A DNA stretch of 64,000 bases from Bacteroidetes bacterium CG2_30_33_31 (GCA_001872625.1 MNXP01000068.1:3598-67597), one strand, 5' to 3'; counted from the first letter of the stretch, positions 9,945 to 19,792 are shown. Notes: generated by a model from the letters alone, not told the origin. Numbers and translations: made by a program.

Positions 9945-11514
9945 TAAAATTCATCAATACGATTATATCATTATTGGAAGTGGATTTGGTGGTTCTATCT
10001 CAGCATTAAGACTTGCCGAAAAAGGATACAAAGTTCTCGTGATTGAAAAAGGCAAAAAATATGAAGTTGATGATTTTCCTAAATCAAATTGGAATCTTAA
10101 GAAATGGATTTGGCTTCCATCGGTGGGTTTTTACGGCATAATGAAGATGACTTTTTACAAACATATTGGTATTCTTAGCGGAACTGGTGTTGGAGGCGGT
10201 TCATTAGTTTATGCCAATACTTTGCCGATGCCAAAAGATGAATTTTACAATTCTGGCTCTTGGAAAGATTTATGCGACTGGAAAACTGAGCTTAAACCTC
10301 ACTATGAAATTGCAAAAAAAATGCTGGGAAGCGCCTTAAATCCTAAACTTGGACAAGGCGATTTGGTGATGAAAGACATTGCAAAAAAAAGAGGAATTGA
10401 AAATCATTTCGCTCCCACAGAAGTCGCAATATTTTTTGGAGAATCTGATAAAGAAGTTGATGACCCATATTTTGGAGGAAAAGGACCAAGAAGAAGTGCA
10501 TGCACTTTTTGCGGAGGCTGCATGACTGGATGCCGATTTAACGCAAAAAATACTCTCGACAAAAATTATTTATATCTCGCTCAAAAACTTGGTGTAGAGG
10601 TCATTGCCGAACAAGAAGTTTACGATGTTCATCCAATTAACAATGCAAATGGACAAGATGGATACTTTGTAATCTCAAAAAAATCAACAAGTTTATTGAA
10701 AAGCAAATCTACTTTTTCAACTAAAAATGTGATTTTCTCGGGTGGAGTTTTGGGAACGATGAATCTATTATTAAAATTGAAAAAGAAAAAATTACCAAAC
10801 TTAAGCAATCGTTTAGGTATGGATATTCGAACAAATAATGAAGCTTTGATTTTTAATATTACAGCCGACAATTCTTATAACCTTAGCGAAGGCATTGCAA
10901 TTGGGTCAATATTAGATGTTGATAAAAGCACTCATTTAGAAGTAGTAAGGTATAATAAATCTTCAGGATTTTGGAGAATAGGAATGCTTCCAAATGTAGA
11001 AGGTGGAAACTTATTCCATCGAATAGCTCAGCTAATTTCAAAATATTTAACAAATCCATTGGCTTACTTAAAGATAACTACCGTAAATAATTTTGGTAAC
11101 AAATCTGCAGTACTTTTATTTATGCAACATATCGACACAAAATTATCTTTTTCAAAAGGACTATTCAGATTGAAAACATCTTTGACTGAGGGGAAAAAAC
11201 CAGTTTCTCAAATTCCATTAGCTTACGATTTAGCCGAGGAATATTCAAAAAAAATTGGTGGCAAGCCCATGGTATTTCTTTCTGAAACTTTATTCAATAT
11301 TCCATCTACTGCTCATATTTTAGGTGGTGCGGTGATGGGTGATAATATCAAAAATGGAGTAATTGACAAATATAATAAGGTGTTCGGTTATAAAAATTTA
11401 ATGATTTGTGATGGTTCAACAGTTTCAGCCAATCCTGGAGTAAATCCATCGTTGACAATAAGCGCAATAACTGAGCACGCTATGAATAATATTCCATATA
11501 AACGGGATATTTAA
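9934..11514 (+). CDS. GMC-family FAD oxidoreductase (cholesterol-oxidase-like)
   Basis: N-terminal DYIIIGSGFGGS dinucleotide fold, CTFCGGCMTGCRFNAKNTLDKNYL, and C-terminal GNP...HILGG-type region. Overlaps the wzy 3' end by 11 nt. Confidence 0.85.
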   Translation: MTLNKIHQYDYIIIGSGFGGSISALRLAEKGYKVLVIEKGKKYEVDDFPKSNWNLKKWIWLPSVGFYGIMKMTFYKHIGILSGTGVGGGSLVYANTLPMPKDEFYNSGSWKDLCDWKTELKPHYEIAKKMLGSALNPKLGQGDLVMKDIAKKRGIENHFAPTEVAIFFGESDKEVDDPYFGGKGPRRSACTFCGGCMTGCRFNAKNTLDKNYLYLAQKLGVEVIAEQEVYDVHPINNANGQDGYFVISKKSTSLLKSKSTFSTKNVIFSGGVLGTMNLLLKLKKKKLPNLSNRLGMDIRTNNEALIFNITADNSYNLSEGIAIGSILDVDKSTHLEVVRYNKSSGFWRIGMLPNVEGGNLFHRIAQLISKYLTNPLAYLKITTVNNFGNKSAVLLFMQHIDTKLSFSKGLFRLKTSLTEGKKPVSQIPLAYDLAEEYSKKIGGKPMVFLSETLFNIPSTAHILGGAVMGDNIKNGVIDKYNKVFGYKNLMICDGSTVSANPGVNPSLTISAITEHAMNNIPYKRDI

Positions 11515-11722
11515 CTAATGATTTACAATGAGAAACTAAAGTTAAAATACATATAACTAGTGTCCTAACCGTTAAACATTTTAATTTTTATTAATTGATT
11601 TATAACAAATTAAACAAATTTGAAATCGAATATTTCGATAATGACTGTGAAATGCTTGGCACAAAATTTCTGATATTTATTAGCTTTAAAGAATTAATCT
11701 TAATAGCAATAAATTATTGATG

Positions 11723-11730
11723 TATGTTTG
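11723..11730 (+). promoter_or_regulatory. candidate -7 box for ferredoxin gene
   Basis: tatgtttg matches TAnnTTTG, 42 nt upstream of the ATG at 11773. Confidence 0.25.
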
Positions 11731-11772
11731 CATAAAGTTAGTAAATAAATAATATTTTTAAATTTTTAAATA

Positions 11773-11961
11773 ATGGCAATTACAAAAGTTTGGGTAGAAG
11801 ATGGTTGTACATCTTGCGGCTTGTGCGAGGGCACAGCTCCAGAAGTTTTCGAGATTGATGATGTATCGGAAGTTATAGCAGGAGTTGATTTCAGTTTATA
11901 CGAAGATGCAATTAAGGAAGCAGCTGATGAATGCCCTGTAGAGGTTATAAAGTTTTCATAA
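11773..11961 (+). CDS. small single-cluster ferredoxin
   Basis: 62 aa with C-x2-C-x2-C (CTSCGLC) and a distal CP (DECPVEVI), the pattern of mono-cluster 3Fe/4Fe-4S ferredoxins. Confidence 0.85.
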   Translation: MAITKVWVEDGCTSCGLCEGTAPEVFEIDDVSEVIAGVDFSLYEDAIKEAADECPVEVIKFS

Positions 11962-11998
11962 AATTTTTTTTTCATATTCAGTTTTTTAGTTAATAATT

Positions 11999-12031
11999 AG
12001 GACTGTCCTCCCCGGATAGTCCTTTTTATTT
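11999..12031 (+). terminator. rho-independent terminator after ferredoxin
   Basis: aggactgtcc/ggatagtcct stem (one G-U pair), 5-nt loop, followed by a T-run. Confidence 0.7.
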
Positions 12032-12051
12032 TTATGCTATCAAATTAAGCC

Positions 12052-12059
12052 TATTTTTG
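12052..12059 (+). promoter_or_regulatory. candidate -7 box for der
   Basis: tatttttg matches TAnnTTTG, 24 nt upstream of the ATG at 12084. The box contains the TTG that the ORF track used as a start. Confidence 0.35.
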
Positions 12060-12083
12060 CACGCTCAATTAAAGCATCATTTT

Positions 12084-13391
12084 ATGGGAAATATATTAGC
12101 AATTGTTGGAAGACCAAATGTAGGCAAATCAACATTATTTAACAGATTGGTTCAAAAAAGACAGGCAATTGTTGAAGAAACAAGCGGAGTTACTCGAGAC
12201 CGACATTATGGAAAATCTGATTGGAATGGAATTTTCTTCTCAGTAATTGATACTGGCGGATATGTAATTGGAAGCGATGATATTTTTGAAGAGGAAATTC
12301 GTAAACAAGTTGATATAGCAATCTCGGAGGCTGATGCAATAGTTTTTGTGGTAGATGCAAAAGACGGAGTAACACCGTTGGACGAAGATGTATCTGAGAT
12401 ACTTCGAAAATCAAAAAAACCCACCTTTCTTGTTGCAAATAAAGTAGATAGCAACAAATTAATTAATGATATTAGCGAATTTTATAGCCTTGGCTTAGGT
12501 GAAGTCTTTGCCATTTCAGCAATCAACGGCTCTGGCACTGGTGATCTTTTGGACGAAGTTGTGAAAGTTTTTAATAAAGAAGACTTTGTTGATTATCCAG
12601 AAGATATTCCACGAATTGCAATAGCAGGAAGACCAAATGTTGGCAAATCATCCTTGGTAAATGCACTCATGGGGGAAGATAGAAATATTGTTACTTCAAT
12701 TGCCGGCACCACGCGTGACTCACTTTTTACTCGCTATACTAATTTTGGTTACGATATGCTTTTGGTTGATACTGCCGGTATCAGAAAGAAAACTAAGGTA
12801 AAAGAAAATGTAGAATTTTATTCAACGATTAGAGCAATTCGCTCTATCGAGGAAAGTGAAGTTGTACTCTTAATGATTGATGCACAAAATGGGTTTGAAT
12901 CACAAGATCAAGCAATATTTAATATAGCAAGAAGAAACCATAAAGGCATAGTGATTATGGTAAATAAATGGGATTTGATAGAGAAAGACCAAAACACGAT
13001 ATTGGCTTATACAGAATCTATAAAAGAGCAGATTGCTCCATTTACTGACGTGCCAATTATTTTTACCTCGGTATTAGATAAAAAGCGAATACTTAAGGCT
13101 TTAGATTTTGCAAATGATGTGTATAAAAGAAGAGTAACAAAAATTGCCACATCTAAACTGAATGATATTTTGCAACCAATAATTGAACATAATCCGCCAC
13201 CAGCAATAAGAGGAAGATATATTCATATCAAATATATTACTCAATTGCCTATTCATTATCCATGTTTTGCCTTCTTCTGCAATAATCCGCAGCATATAAA
13301 AGAGCCATACAAAAGATTCCTTGAAAATCAGATTCGCGAAAATTTTAATTTTCAAGGAGTTCCAATAGAAATATATTTCAGAGCCAAATAA
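12084..13391 (+). CDS. der: ribosome-associated GTPase Der/EngA
   Basis: Two tandem G domains (GRPNVGKST twice, DTGG/DTAG, NKVD/NKWD) plus a KH-like C-terminus. Start moved to the ATG giving [16 protein letters not shown]. Confidence 0.95.
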   Translation: MGNILAIVGRPNVGKSTLFNRLVQKRQAIVEETSGVTRDRHYGKSDWNGIFFSVIDTGGYVIGSDDIFEEEIRKQVDIAISEADAIVFVVDAKDGVTPLDEDVSEILRKSKKPTFLVANKVDSNKLINDISEFYSLGLGEVFAISAINGSGTGDLLDEVVKVFNKEDFVDYPEDIPRIAIAGRPNVGKSSLVNALMGEDRNIVTSIAGTTRDSLFTRYTNFGYDMLLVDTAGIRKKTKVKENVEFYSTIRAIRSIEESEVVLLMIDAQNGFESQDQAIFNIARRNHKGIVIMVNKWDLIEKDQNTILAYTESIKEQIAPFTDVPIIFTSVLDKKRILKALDFANDVYKRRVTKIATSKLNDILQPIIEHNPPPAIRGRYIHIKYITQLPIHYPCFAFFCNNPQHIKEPYKRFLENQIRENFNFQGVPIEIYFRAK

Positions 13392-13765
13392 TGATTGCCA
13401 GAATCGATAAATATCTTTGGTCGGTTAGGCTTTTCAAAACTCGTTCACAAGCTACCGAAGCATGCAAATCGGGCAAGATAATTATTAATGGAAAAGCTGC
13501 AAAAGCCTCTAAAGAGGTAAGTATTGGTAACATCATTTATGTGAAAAAAGACAGCTTTAATTTAAGTTTTGAGGTAATTGATCCAATTCAAAAACGCGTT
13601 GGCGCAAAATTAATAGAGCAATATATTAAAGATTTAACTCCAGAAAGTGAATATAATAAACTTGAGTTGATGAAGCAAAATTTTGAATATCGCGATCGCG
13701 GATTAGGGCGACCTACAAAAAAAGACAGACGAATAATATCAAAAATAAAACAAAATAATGATTAA
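13391..13765 (+). CDS. RNA-binding S4 domain protein (Hsp15-like)
   Basis: RIDKYLWSVRLFKTRSQATEACKSGKIIING is an S4 alpha-L motif. The start overlaps the der stop (TAATG). Confidence 0.8.
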   Translation: MIARIDKYLWSVRLFKTRSQATEACKSGKIIINGKAAKASKEVSIGNIIYVKKDSFNLSFEVIDPIQKRVGAKLIEQYIKDLTPESEYNKLELMKQNFEYRDRGLGRPTKKDRRIISKIKQNND

Positions 13766-14819
13766 ACATAATATTTTCAAAATGCTGTTAATTAGCGCTT
13801 TTGCTTTTATTAACTGCCAAATATCTGCTCAAAGCAACCTTTGCAATAAAAATCTTCTAATAGCTTTCTACAATACAGAAAATCTTTTTGACACTATTCA
13901 TGATCAAAGCAAACTCGATATAGAATTTACACCTGATGGAAACAAAAAATGGACATCAGAAAGATATCTTACTAAGATTCAAAATATTAGCAAAGTTATT
14001 TCATCCTACGATTCAAAAAAACTCCCCGATATAGTTGGACTCTGCGAAATAGAAAACAGAAAAGTTGTTAATGATTTGATTAATTCAAATAATTTGAAGA
14101 AAGGAAAATATTCAATAATTCATCATGAAAGCCCAGATATTAGAGGAATTGATGTTGCCTTAATTTATAAGAAAACCAACTTAAATCTAATAAGCGAAAA
14201 AAATTATCCAGTAACTCTTACTAACGATGCGAGATTTAAAACACGTGATATACTTTATGCTAAGTTTTATGTGAAAGGCGCAAAAGATACATTGCATATT
14301 TTTGTAAATCATTGGCCTTCACGACTTGGTGGTGAAGAGAAATCGAGAAACAAAAGAGCCGCCGCAGCAATGGTGGTAAAGCATCTTACCGACTCATTAA
14401 GCAAACTGAATTTTAAAGTTAAGCTATTAATTATGGGCGATTTAAATGACGAACCTTTGGACTTTAGCGTTAAAGAAGTCCTAAAAGCTGGAAGAACCGA
14501 CACTTTAATTAACTCAAATTCGCTTTATGATCTATGCCTAAAAGAGCAATTAAATCACGAGGGAAGCTATTATTATTGGGCTGAAAACAAATGGAATATG
14601 ATTGATAATATGATTGTAAATGGCAATTTGCTATATGCTGCTAATGGCTTGAAAATCAATAAAACTCAAATAATTATTTTTAAACCTGATTGGGTTTTGA
14701 CAGCTGATAAGAAGGGTGGAAATATTCCTTTTAAAACCTACGGCAAAGGATATACAGGCGGTTTTAGCGATCATCTTTCCATATTCACATATTTATGTTT
14801 TATAAGCAAAAACAAATAA
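13758..14819 (+). CDS. secreted endonuclease/exonuclease/phosphatase (EEP) family protein
   Basis: Signal peptide, LCEIEN, NHWPSR, MGDLND and terminal GFSDHLSI motifs of the EEP fold. Confidence 0.8.
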   Translation: MIKHNIFKMLLISAFAFINCQISAQSNLCNKNLLIAFYNTENLFDTIHDQSKLDIEFTPDGNKKWTSERYLTKIQNISKVISSYDSKKLPDIVGLCEIENRKVVNDLINSNNLKKGKYSIIHHESPDIRGIDVALIYKKTNLNLISEKNYPVTLTNDARFKTRDILYAKFYVKGAKDTLHIFVNHWPSRLGGEEKSRNKRAAAAMVVKHLTDSLSKLNFKVKLLIMGDLNDEPLDFSVKEVLKAGRTDTLINSNSLYDLCLKEQLNHEGSYYYWAENKWNMIDNMIVNGNLLYAANGLKINKTQIIIFKPDWVLTADKKGGNIPFKTYGKGYTGGFSDHLSIFTYLCFISKNK

Positions 14820-14827
14820 AATATTGC

Positions 14828-14862
14828 TTTGAAACAAAGTTTAAAGAAAAAGATTATTTTTG
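14828..14862 (+). promoter_or_regulatory. candidate -33/-7 promoter for the membrane protein gene
   Basis: TTTG at 14828-14831 and tatttttg at 14855-14862 (23-nt spacer). The -7 G lies 31 nt upstream of the ATG. Confidence 0.4.
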
Positions 14863-14893
14863 CGGCGTTTTATATTAAAACCAATTTTCAACT

Positions 14894-15760
14894 ATGAGCA
14901 AATCAAAACTATTCCTATTATGGGTTATTACAGTAGTAATAACTATCAGCATTATGATGTATCAAAGGCTAACTGGACCTACATATCCAGCAAAAACAGA
15001 TGTGATGTTGGAACAACAGAAGTATCACTTTGATCTAATACGAACATGTGAAATAGGATCTGAATGCAACATAGATCTACCAATTGAAGATACTTCTGTT
15101 GAAGCAATTATTTTTTACAAAAAGTATCGCGTAGATGAAGCATGGACATCTGAAAAAATGATTAGAAAAAGCATTCATAAAAATGCAATCTTTGGTGAAG
15201 GAAAAGAAATAAGTGTTTTATCTTCTACTCTTCCTGAACAAGCAGCAGCCGGCAAAATTGAATACCATATAGAATTGTATAAAGGGGAATCAAAAATCGC
15301 CATTATGGATAAAACCCCAGTAGTGGTTAGGTTTAAAGGATTTGTACCACGCTATATATTAATTCCGCACATTCTCTTTATGATTATTAGCCTTTTATTT
15401 GCTACAAGAGCAGGCATAGAAACCATTTTTAAGGGAAATAATACTATCAAATTCGCAAGAGTAACTATTATAGCTTTAGGAATTGGCGGATTGTTGCTTG
15501 GGCCACTTGTACAAGAATATGCTTTTGGTGCTTATTGGACTGGCTGGCCATTTGGAGGCGATTGGACAGACAATAAAACCCTTTTTGCTTTTATATTTTG
15601 GGTCTTTGCTTTTTTTGTTTTACGCAAAAAACCGCAAAACAGACTGTGGCCTATTTTAGCTTTAATTGTACTTTTTTCTATGTATTTGATTCCCCATTCT
15701 AAAGGAGGATCGGAATTGAACACAAGCACAGGTAAAATTGAAACTGGATTAAAAAAATAA
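14894..15760 (+). CDS. conserved-looking integral membrane protein, function unknown
   Basis: N-terminal TM anchor, a ~140-aa soluble domain, then about 4 TM segments with YWTGWPFGGDWTDNKT. No family recognised. Confidence 0.6.
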   Translation: MSKSKLFLLWVITVVITISIMMYQRLTGPTYPAKTDVMLEQQKYHFDLIRTCEIGSECNIDLPIEDTSVEAIIFYKKYRVDEAWTSEKMIRKSIHKNAIFGEGKEISVLSSTLPEQAAAGKIEYHIELYKGESKIAIMDKTPVVVRFKGFVPRYILIPHILFMIISLLFATRAGIETIFKGNNTIKFARVTIIALGIGGLLLGPLVQEYAFGAYWTGWPFGGDWTDNKTLFAFIFWVFAFFVLRKKPQNRLWPILALIVLFSMYLIPHSKGGSELNTSTGKIETGLKK

Positions 15761-15935
15761 TATACTTAAATATTTGTGTAAGCCTAATATGATTAATGAA
15801 AATATCTAAATATGATTCCATATAAAATTATTTTGTTTACAAAAAGCATTGCTAATATTGATTGAAAGAATTTATTATTTTATCACTAAAATGCAAAACA
15901 AATTTATTTTAACGAATCAAAAAAAATCTTAATTG

Positions 15936-18248
15936 ATGTCAAAAAATCTAGTAATAGTTGAGTCACCCGCGAAAGCAAAAACCATCGAAAAGTTTCTTGG
16001 TAAGGACTTTATAGTCAAATCAAGCTTTGGACATGTACGCGATTTATCTAAAAGTAAGTTGGGTGTTGAAGTAGAAAATGGTTTTAAACCAATTTACGTA
16101 AATGACCCAGAAAAGAAAAAAATAATTACTGAACTCAAAAAACTTTCTGAAGAATCAGAAATTGTATGGCTCGCCACTGACGAGGACCGTGAAGGAGAGG
16201 CTATTGCATGGCATTTGAAAGAGACTCTAAAATTGGCAGATGACAAAATAAAGAGAATAGTTTTTCATGAAATAACCAAAGATGCCATACTTAATGCTGT
16301 ACAAAATCCAAGAACAATAGATATTGATTTAGTAAACGCTCAGCAAGCAAGAAGGGTTTTAGATCGCCTTGTTGGTTTTGAACTTTCTCCACTTTTATGG
16401 CGAAAAGTAATGCCATCATTGTCGGCAGGCAGAGTGCAATCAGTTTCACTTCGACTTATTGTAGAAAGAGAGGTTGAGATTGATGAATTTAGTGCAGAAC
16501 CAGCATTTAAGATTACTGGCACATTTTTGACATCTAATGGCGAAATAATCAAAGCAGAAATTTCTAATAGATTTGTATTGAAAAAAGACGCAGAAGAATT
16601 TCTTAAGAGCTGCTCAAAAGCAAATTTTAAGATTTCATCCGTCGAGAAAAAACCTGCTAAAAAAACTCCACCACCCCCTTTTACTACTTCAACGCTTCAG
16701 CAAGAAGCAGCAAGAAAGTTAGGTTTTTCAGTAGCTAAAACCATGATGACTGCTCAGAAACTCTATGAATCTGGGCAAATTACATATATGAGAACTGACT
16801 CTGTGCATCTCTCCGATTTGGCTTTAAACGCAGCAAAAGCAGAAATAACAGAATCTTTTGGAAGCAAATATTCTAAAAGTCGTCAATTTGCCACTAACAC
16901 TAAAGGAGCTCAAGAAGCTCATGAAGCCATTCGACCAACCTATTTTAACAAACAATCATCTGCTGGTGATGCATCTCAAAAAAGACTTTACGATTTAATT
17001 TGGAAACGCAGCACAGCAAGTCAAATGGCGGATGCCGAATTAGAAAAAACCGTAATAAATATTGAAGCAGCCAATGTTAAATACAATTTTGTTGCTCGTG
17101 GAGAAGTTATCATTTTCGATGGCTTTTTAAAACTCTATACCGAAACTTCTGACAACGAAGACGAAGAAGTTATTGATGGACTATTACCAAAGGTATCTAA
17201 AAACGAGGCATTAAATTATGGAGTTATTGAAGCTATCCAGCGGTTTACAAAGCAGCCTCCAAGATATACTGAAGCAAGCCTTGTTAAAAAAATGGAAGAA
17301 TTGGGCATTGGACGACCTTCAACTTATGCTCCAACAATTTCGACCATAATAAAAAGAAATTACGTTGTAAAAGAAGAAAGAGAAGGCAAACAAAGAAATA
17401 TTGAAAAAATTGAATTGAAAGATGGTAAACTTACATCATCGAATTTTTTTGAAAACTATGGTTTTGAAAAAAATAAATTATTTCCAACAGATATAGGAAT
17501 TTTAGTAAACAGCTTTTTGATGACATATTTTTCAGATATTATTGATTACCAATTCACTGCCAATGTTGAAAAAGAATTTGACTTAATCTCTGATGGTAAA
17601 AATGAATGGAATGCTATGATTAAAGAATTTTATGTTGGTTTTCGCAAAAAGATTGAGGAAACAAAAGAAAATTCAGATAAGTTTAGTGGGGAAAGGTTTA
17701 TGGGCATCGACCAAAAAACCGGTAAAAATATTTATGTAAAATTGGGTAAATACGGTCCAATAGCACAAATTGGTGAGACCACTGATGAAATAAAGCCCAG
17801 ATTTGCAGGCCTAAATGAAAACCAATCTTTAAAAACCATTTCTCTTGAAGAAGTAATTAAACTATTTGACTATCCGAAATTTATAGGAAAGTACAATAAT
17901 TTTGAATTAAATGTAGCAGTTGGAAGATTTGGCCCTTATATTAAAATGGATAAAAGCTTTTTCTCTATCCCTAAATCCGATGACCCATCAAATATAACTT
18001 TAGATAGAGCAATTGAACTTATCACAGCAAAACAAGAAGCAGACAAGAATAAATTAATTCAAGAATTTAGTGAAGAAGAAGGAATTAAAGTCCTCAATGG
18101 CAGATTTGGACCTTATATTTCTTTTGAAAAAAATAATTATAAAATTGATAAAACCAAAGACCCAAAAACCTTAACTTTAGAAGATTGCAAACTAATAATT
18201 GGAAAATCGGCAACTAAAAAGAAAATTCCACGTAAGAAGAAATCTTAG
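15936..18248 (+). CDS. topA: DNA topoisomerase I
   Basis: Toprim N-terminus LVIVESPAKAKTIEKFLG, DEDREGE, active-site YMRTDS, and C-terminal GRFGPYI repeats. The ATG at 15936 follows the track's TTG. Confidence 0.96.
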   Translation: MSKNLVIVESPAKAKTIEKFLGKDFIVKSSFGHVRDLSKSKLGVEVENGFKPIYVNDPEKKKIITELKKLSEESEIVWLATDEDREGEAIAWHLKETLKLADDKIKRIVFHEITKDAILNAVQNPRTIDIDLVNAQQARRVLDRLVGFELSPLLWRKVMPSLSAGRVQSVSLRLIVEREVEIDEFSAEPAFKITGTFLTSNGEIIKAEISNRFVLKKDAEEFLKSCSKANFKISSVEKKPAKKTPPPPFTTSTLQQEAARKLGFSVAKTMMTAQKLYESGQITYMRTDSVHLSDLALNAAKAEITESFGSKYSKSRQFATNTKGAQEAHEAIRPTYFNKQSSAGDASQKRLYDLIWKRSTASQMADAELEKTVINIEAANVKYNFVARGEVIIFDGFLKLYTETSDNEDEEVIDGLLPKVSKNEALNYGVIEAIQRFTKQPPRYTEASLVKKMEELGIGRPSTYAPTISTIIKRNYVVKEEREGKQRNIEKIELKDGKLTSSNFFENYGFEKNKLFPTDIGILVNSFLMTYFSDIIDYQFTANVEKEFDLISDGKNEWNAMIKEFYVGFRKKIEETKENSDKFSGERFMGIDQKTGKNIYVKLGKYGPIAQIGETTDEIKPRFAGLNENQSLKTISLEEVIKLFDYPKFIGKYNNFELNVAVGRFGPYIKMDKSFFSIPKSDDPSNITLDRAIELITAKQEADKNKLIQEFSEEEGIKVLNGRFGPYISFEKNNYKIDKTKDPKTLTLEDCKLIIGKSATKKKIPRKKKS

Positions 18249-18269
18249 TATCGATAACGATTAATTATT

Positions 18270-19445
18270 ATGGATTCAGAAATCTATTTGCATCCGATAG
18301 AACAACCGGATTTTAGTCATGACGGTAAGCTTGATAACCGCCGATTAGGCAATTTTATAAATTGTTTCACCATCTTAAATGGATTTCCTGAAATTAAAAA
18401 TGCTGAATTAGCAATTTTAGGAATCAAAGAATCTAGAAATTCGGTCAATAATATTGGTACTGAAGAAGCTCCAGCTGCAGTCAGAAAATTTCTCTATTCC
18501 CTTTTTAGCTTTACTCACAGGTTAAAAATTATTGATATTGGAAATATTGAGGCAGGTAACACCATTGACGACACTTATTATGCTGCAAGAAATGTAATAG
18601 CAGAGCTTCTGGAAAACAAAATTATACCTATTATTATTGGAGGCAGTCAAGATTTAACCTATGCCAATTATTTAGCATATCAAAAACAAGGTAAAATTGT
18701 AAATCTTACAACTATTGATTCAAGCTTCGACCTCGGTAATGCTGAGGAGATTTTTAATTCTCAATCACATATTAGCAAAATAATTTTACATCAACCTAAC
18801 TTCCTTTTTAACCTCACAAATATTGGATATCAATCTTATTTTGTTGATTATGAGGCAATAAATTTAATGAAAAAACTCTATTTTGATGTTTACAGATTAG
18901 GAATAGTGCACGCTGATATGGAAAAAACAGAGCCTTTAATTCGCAACTCAGATATTGTTAGTTTCGATCTGAGTGCAATAAGGCAATCGGATGCACCAGG
19001 TAATTTAAATGCTTCACCAAACGGATTTTATGGTGAAGAAGCCTGCCAAATTGCTCGTTATGCTGGTATTAGCGATAAAGTCTCTTCGATAGGATTTTAC
19101 GAATTTAATCCCTTAGTTGACAAAAATAATCAAACTGCATACCTTCTATCGCAAATGATTTGGTACTTTATTGAAGGATTTTATAACAGAAAAGGTGATG
19201 CCCCACACAAAGATAAATCAGATTATTTGAAATTTATTGTGCCCATCGACCAAAATATTGACGAAATTGTGTTCTATAAAAGCCAAAAAAGTAGCCGTTG
19301 GTGGATGGAAATTCCTCTTACAAGCAATGAATTTGAAAAATATAAACGTCATTTTATGGTACCTTGCTCATATCAAGATTATGAGGATGCAACCGCTGGA
19401 GAAGTCCCCGACAGATGGTGGCAAGTATATCAAAAACTTATGTAA
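18270..19445 (+). CDS. arginase/ureohydrolase-fold protein (formimidoylglutamase-like) with degenerate metal site
   Basis: All three family signature regions are alignable, but the ligands are changed: GGSQD (for GGDHS), IDSSFD (for DAHxD), SFDLSAIRQSDAPG...G (for S-x-D-x-D-x3-[PAQ]-x3-P-G). Confidence 0.75.
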   Translation: MDSEIYLHPIEQPDFSHDGKLDNRRLGNFINCFTILNGFPEIKNAELAILGIKESRNSVNNIGTEEAPAAVRKFLYSLFSFTHRLKIIDIGNIEAGNTIDDTYYAARNVIAELLENKIIPIIIGGSQDLTYANYLAYQKQGKIVNLTTIDSSFDLGNAEEIFNSQSHISKIILHQPNFLFNLTNIGYQSYFVDYEAINLMKKLYFDVYRLGIVHADMEKTEPLIRNSDIVSFDLSAIRQSDAPGNLNASPNGFYGEEACQIARYAGISDKVSSIGFYEFNPLVDKNNQTAYLLSQMIWYFIEGFYNRKGDAPHKDKSDYLKFIVPIDQNIDEIVFYKSQKSSRWWMEIPLTSNEFEKYKRHFMVPCSYQDYEDATAGEVPDRWWQVYQKLM

Positions 19446-19792
19446 ATTTTATTATAATATTGATTATTAACTAATTATATAATTTTTTTGAAAATTTAAT
19501 TAATAATATTTCCCAAAATTAAAATTATTACATTAAAAAAAATCGAAATTTATTTTTTTCAGAATATATTATTTAGTTAAATTATTGCTAAAAAAAATAA
19601 AATAAAATATAGACTCAACCTTTTTTACTATATTTGTGTCTTCAAATTCGTGCTGGTTTTTTTGTAAAGGATAAATACTTTTTAACATATTGTTACTATT
19701 TTGTTACATAAAAAATTGCGTTTGTATATACCAATTAGTTTTTTTTCTACTTTAGCGCAACTTTTTGACAGGAGTAATACTAAATCAAACCT

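Noticed and set aside
11766-11975. A 69-aa minus-strand ORF covering the ferredoxin gene.
   Set aside because: The plus-strand frame has a clear CxxCxxC...CP ferredoxin signature, its own promoter-like box and a terminator. The antisense frame is Ser/Thr-rich with no features.
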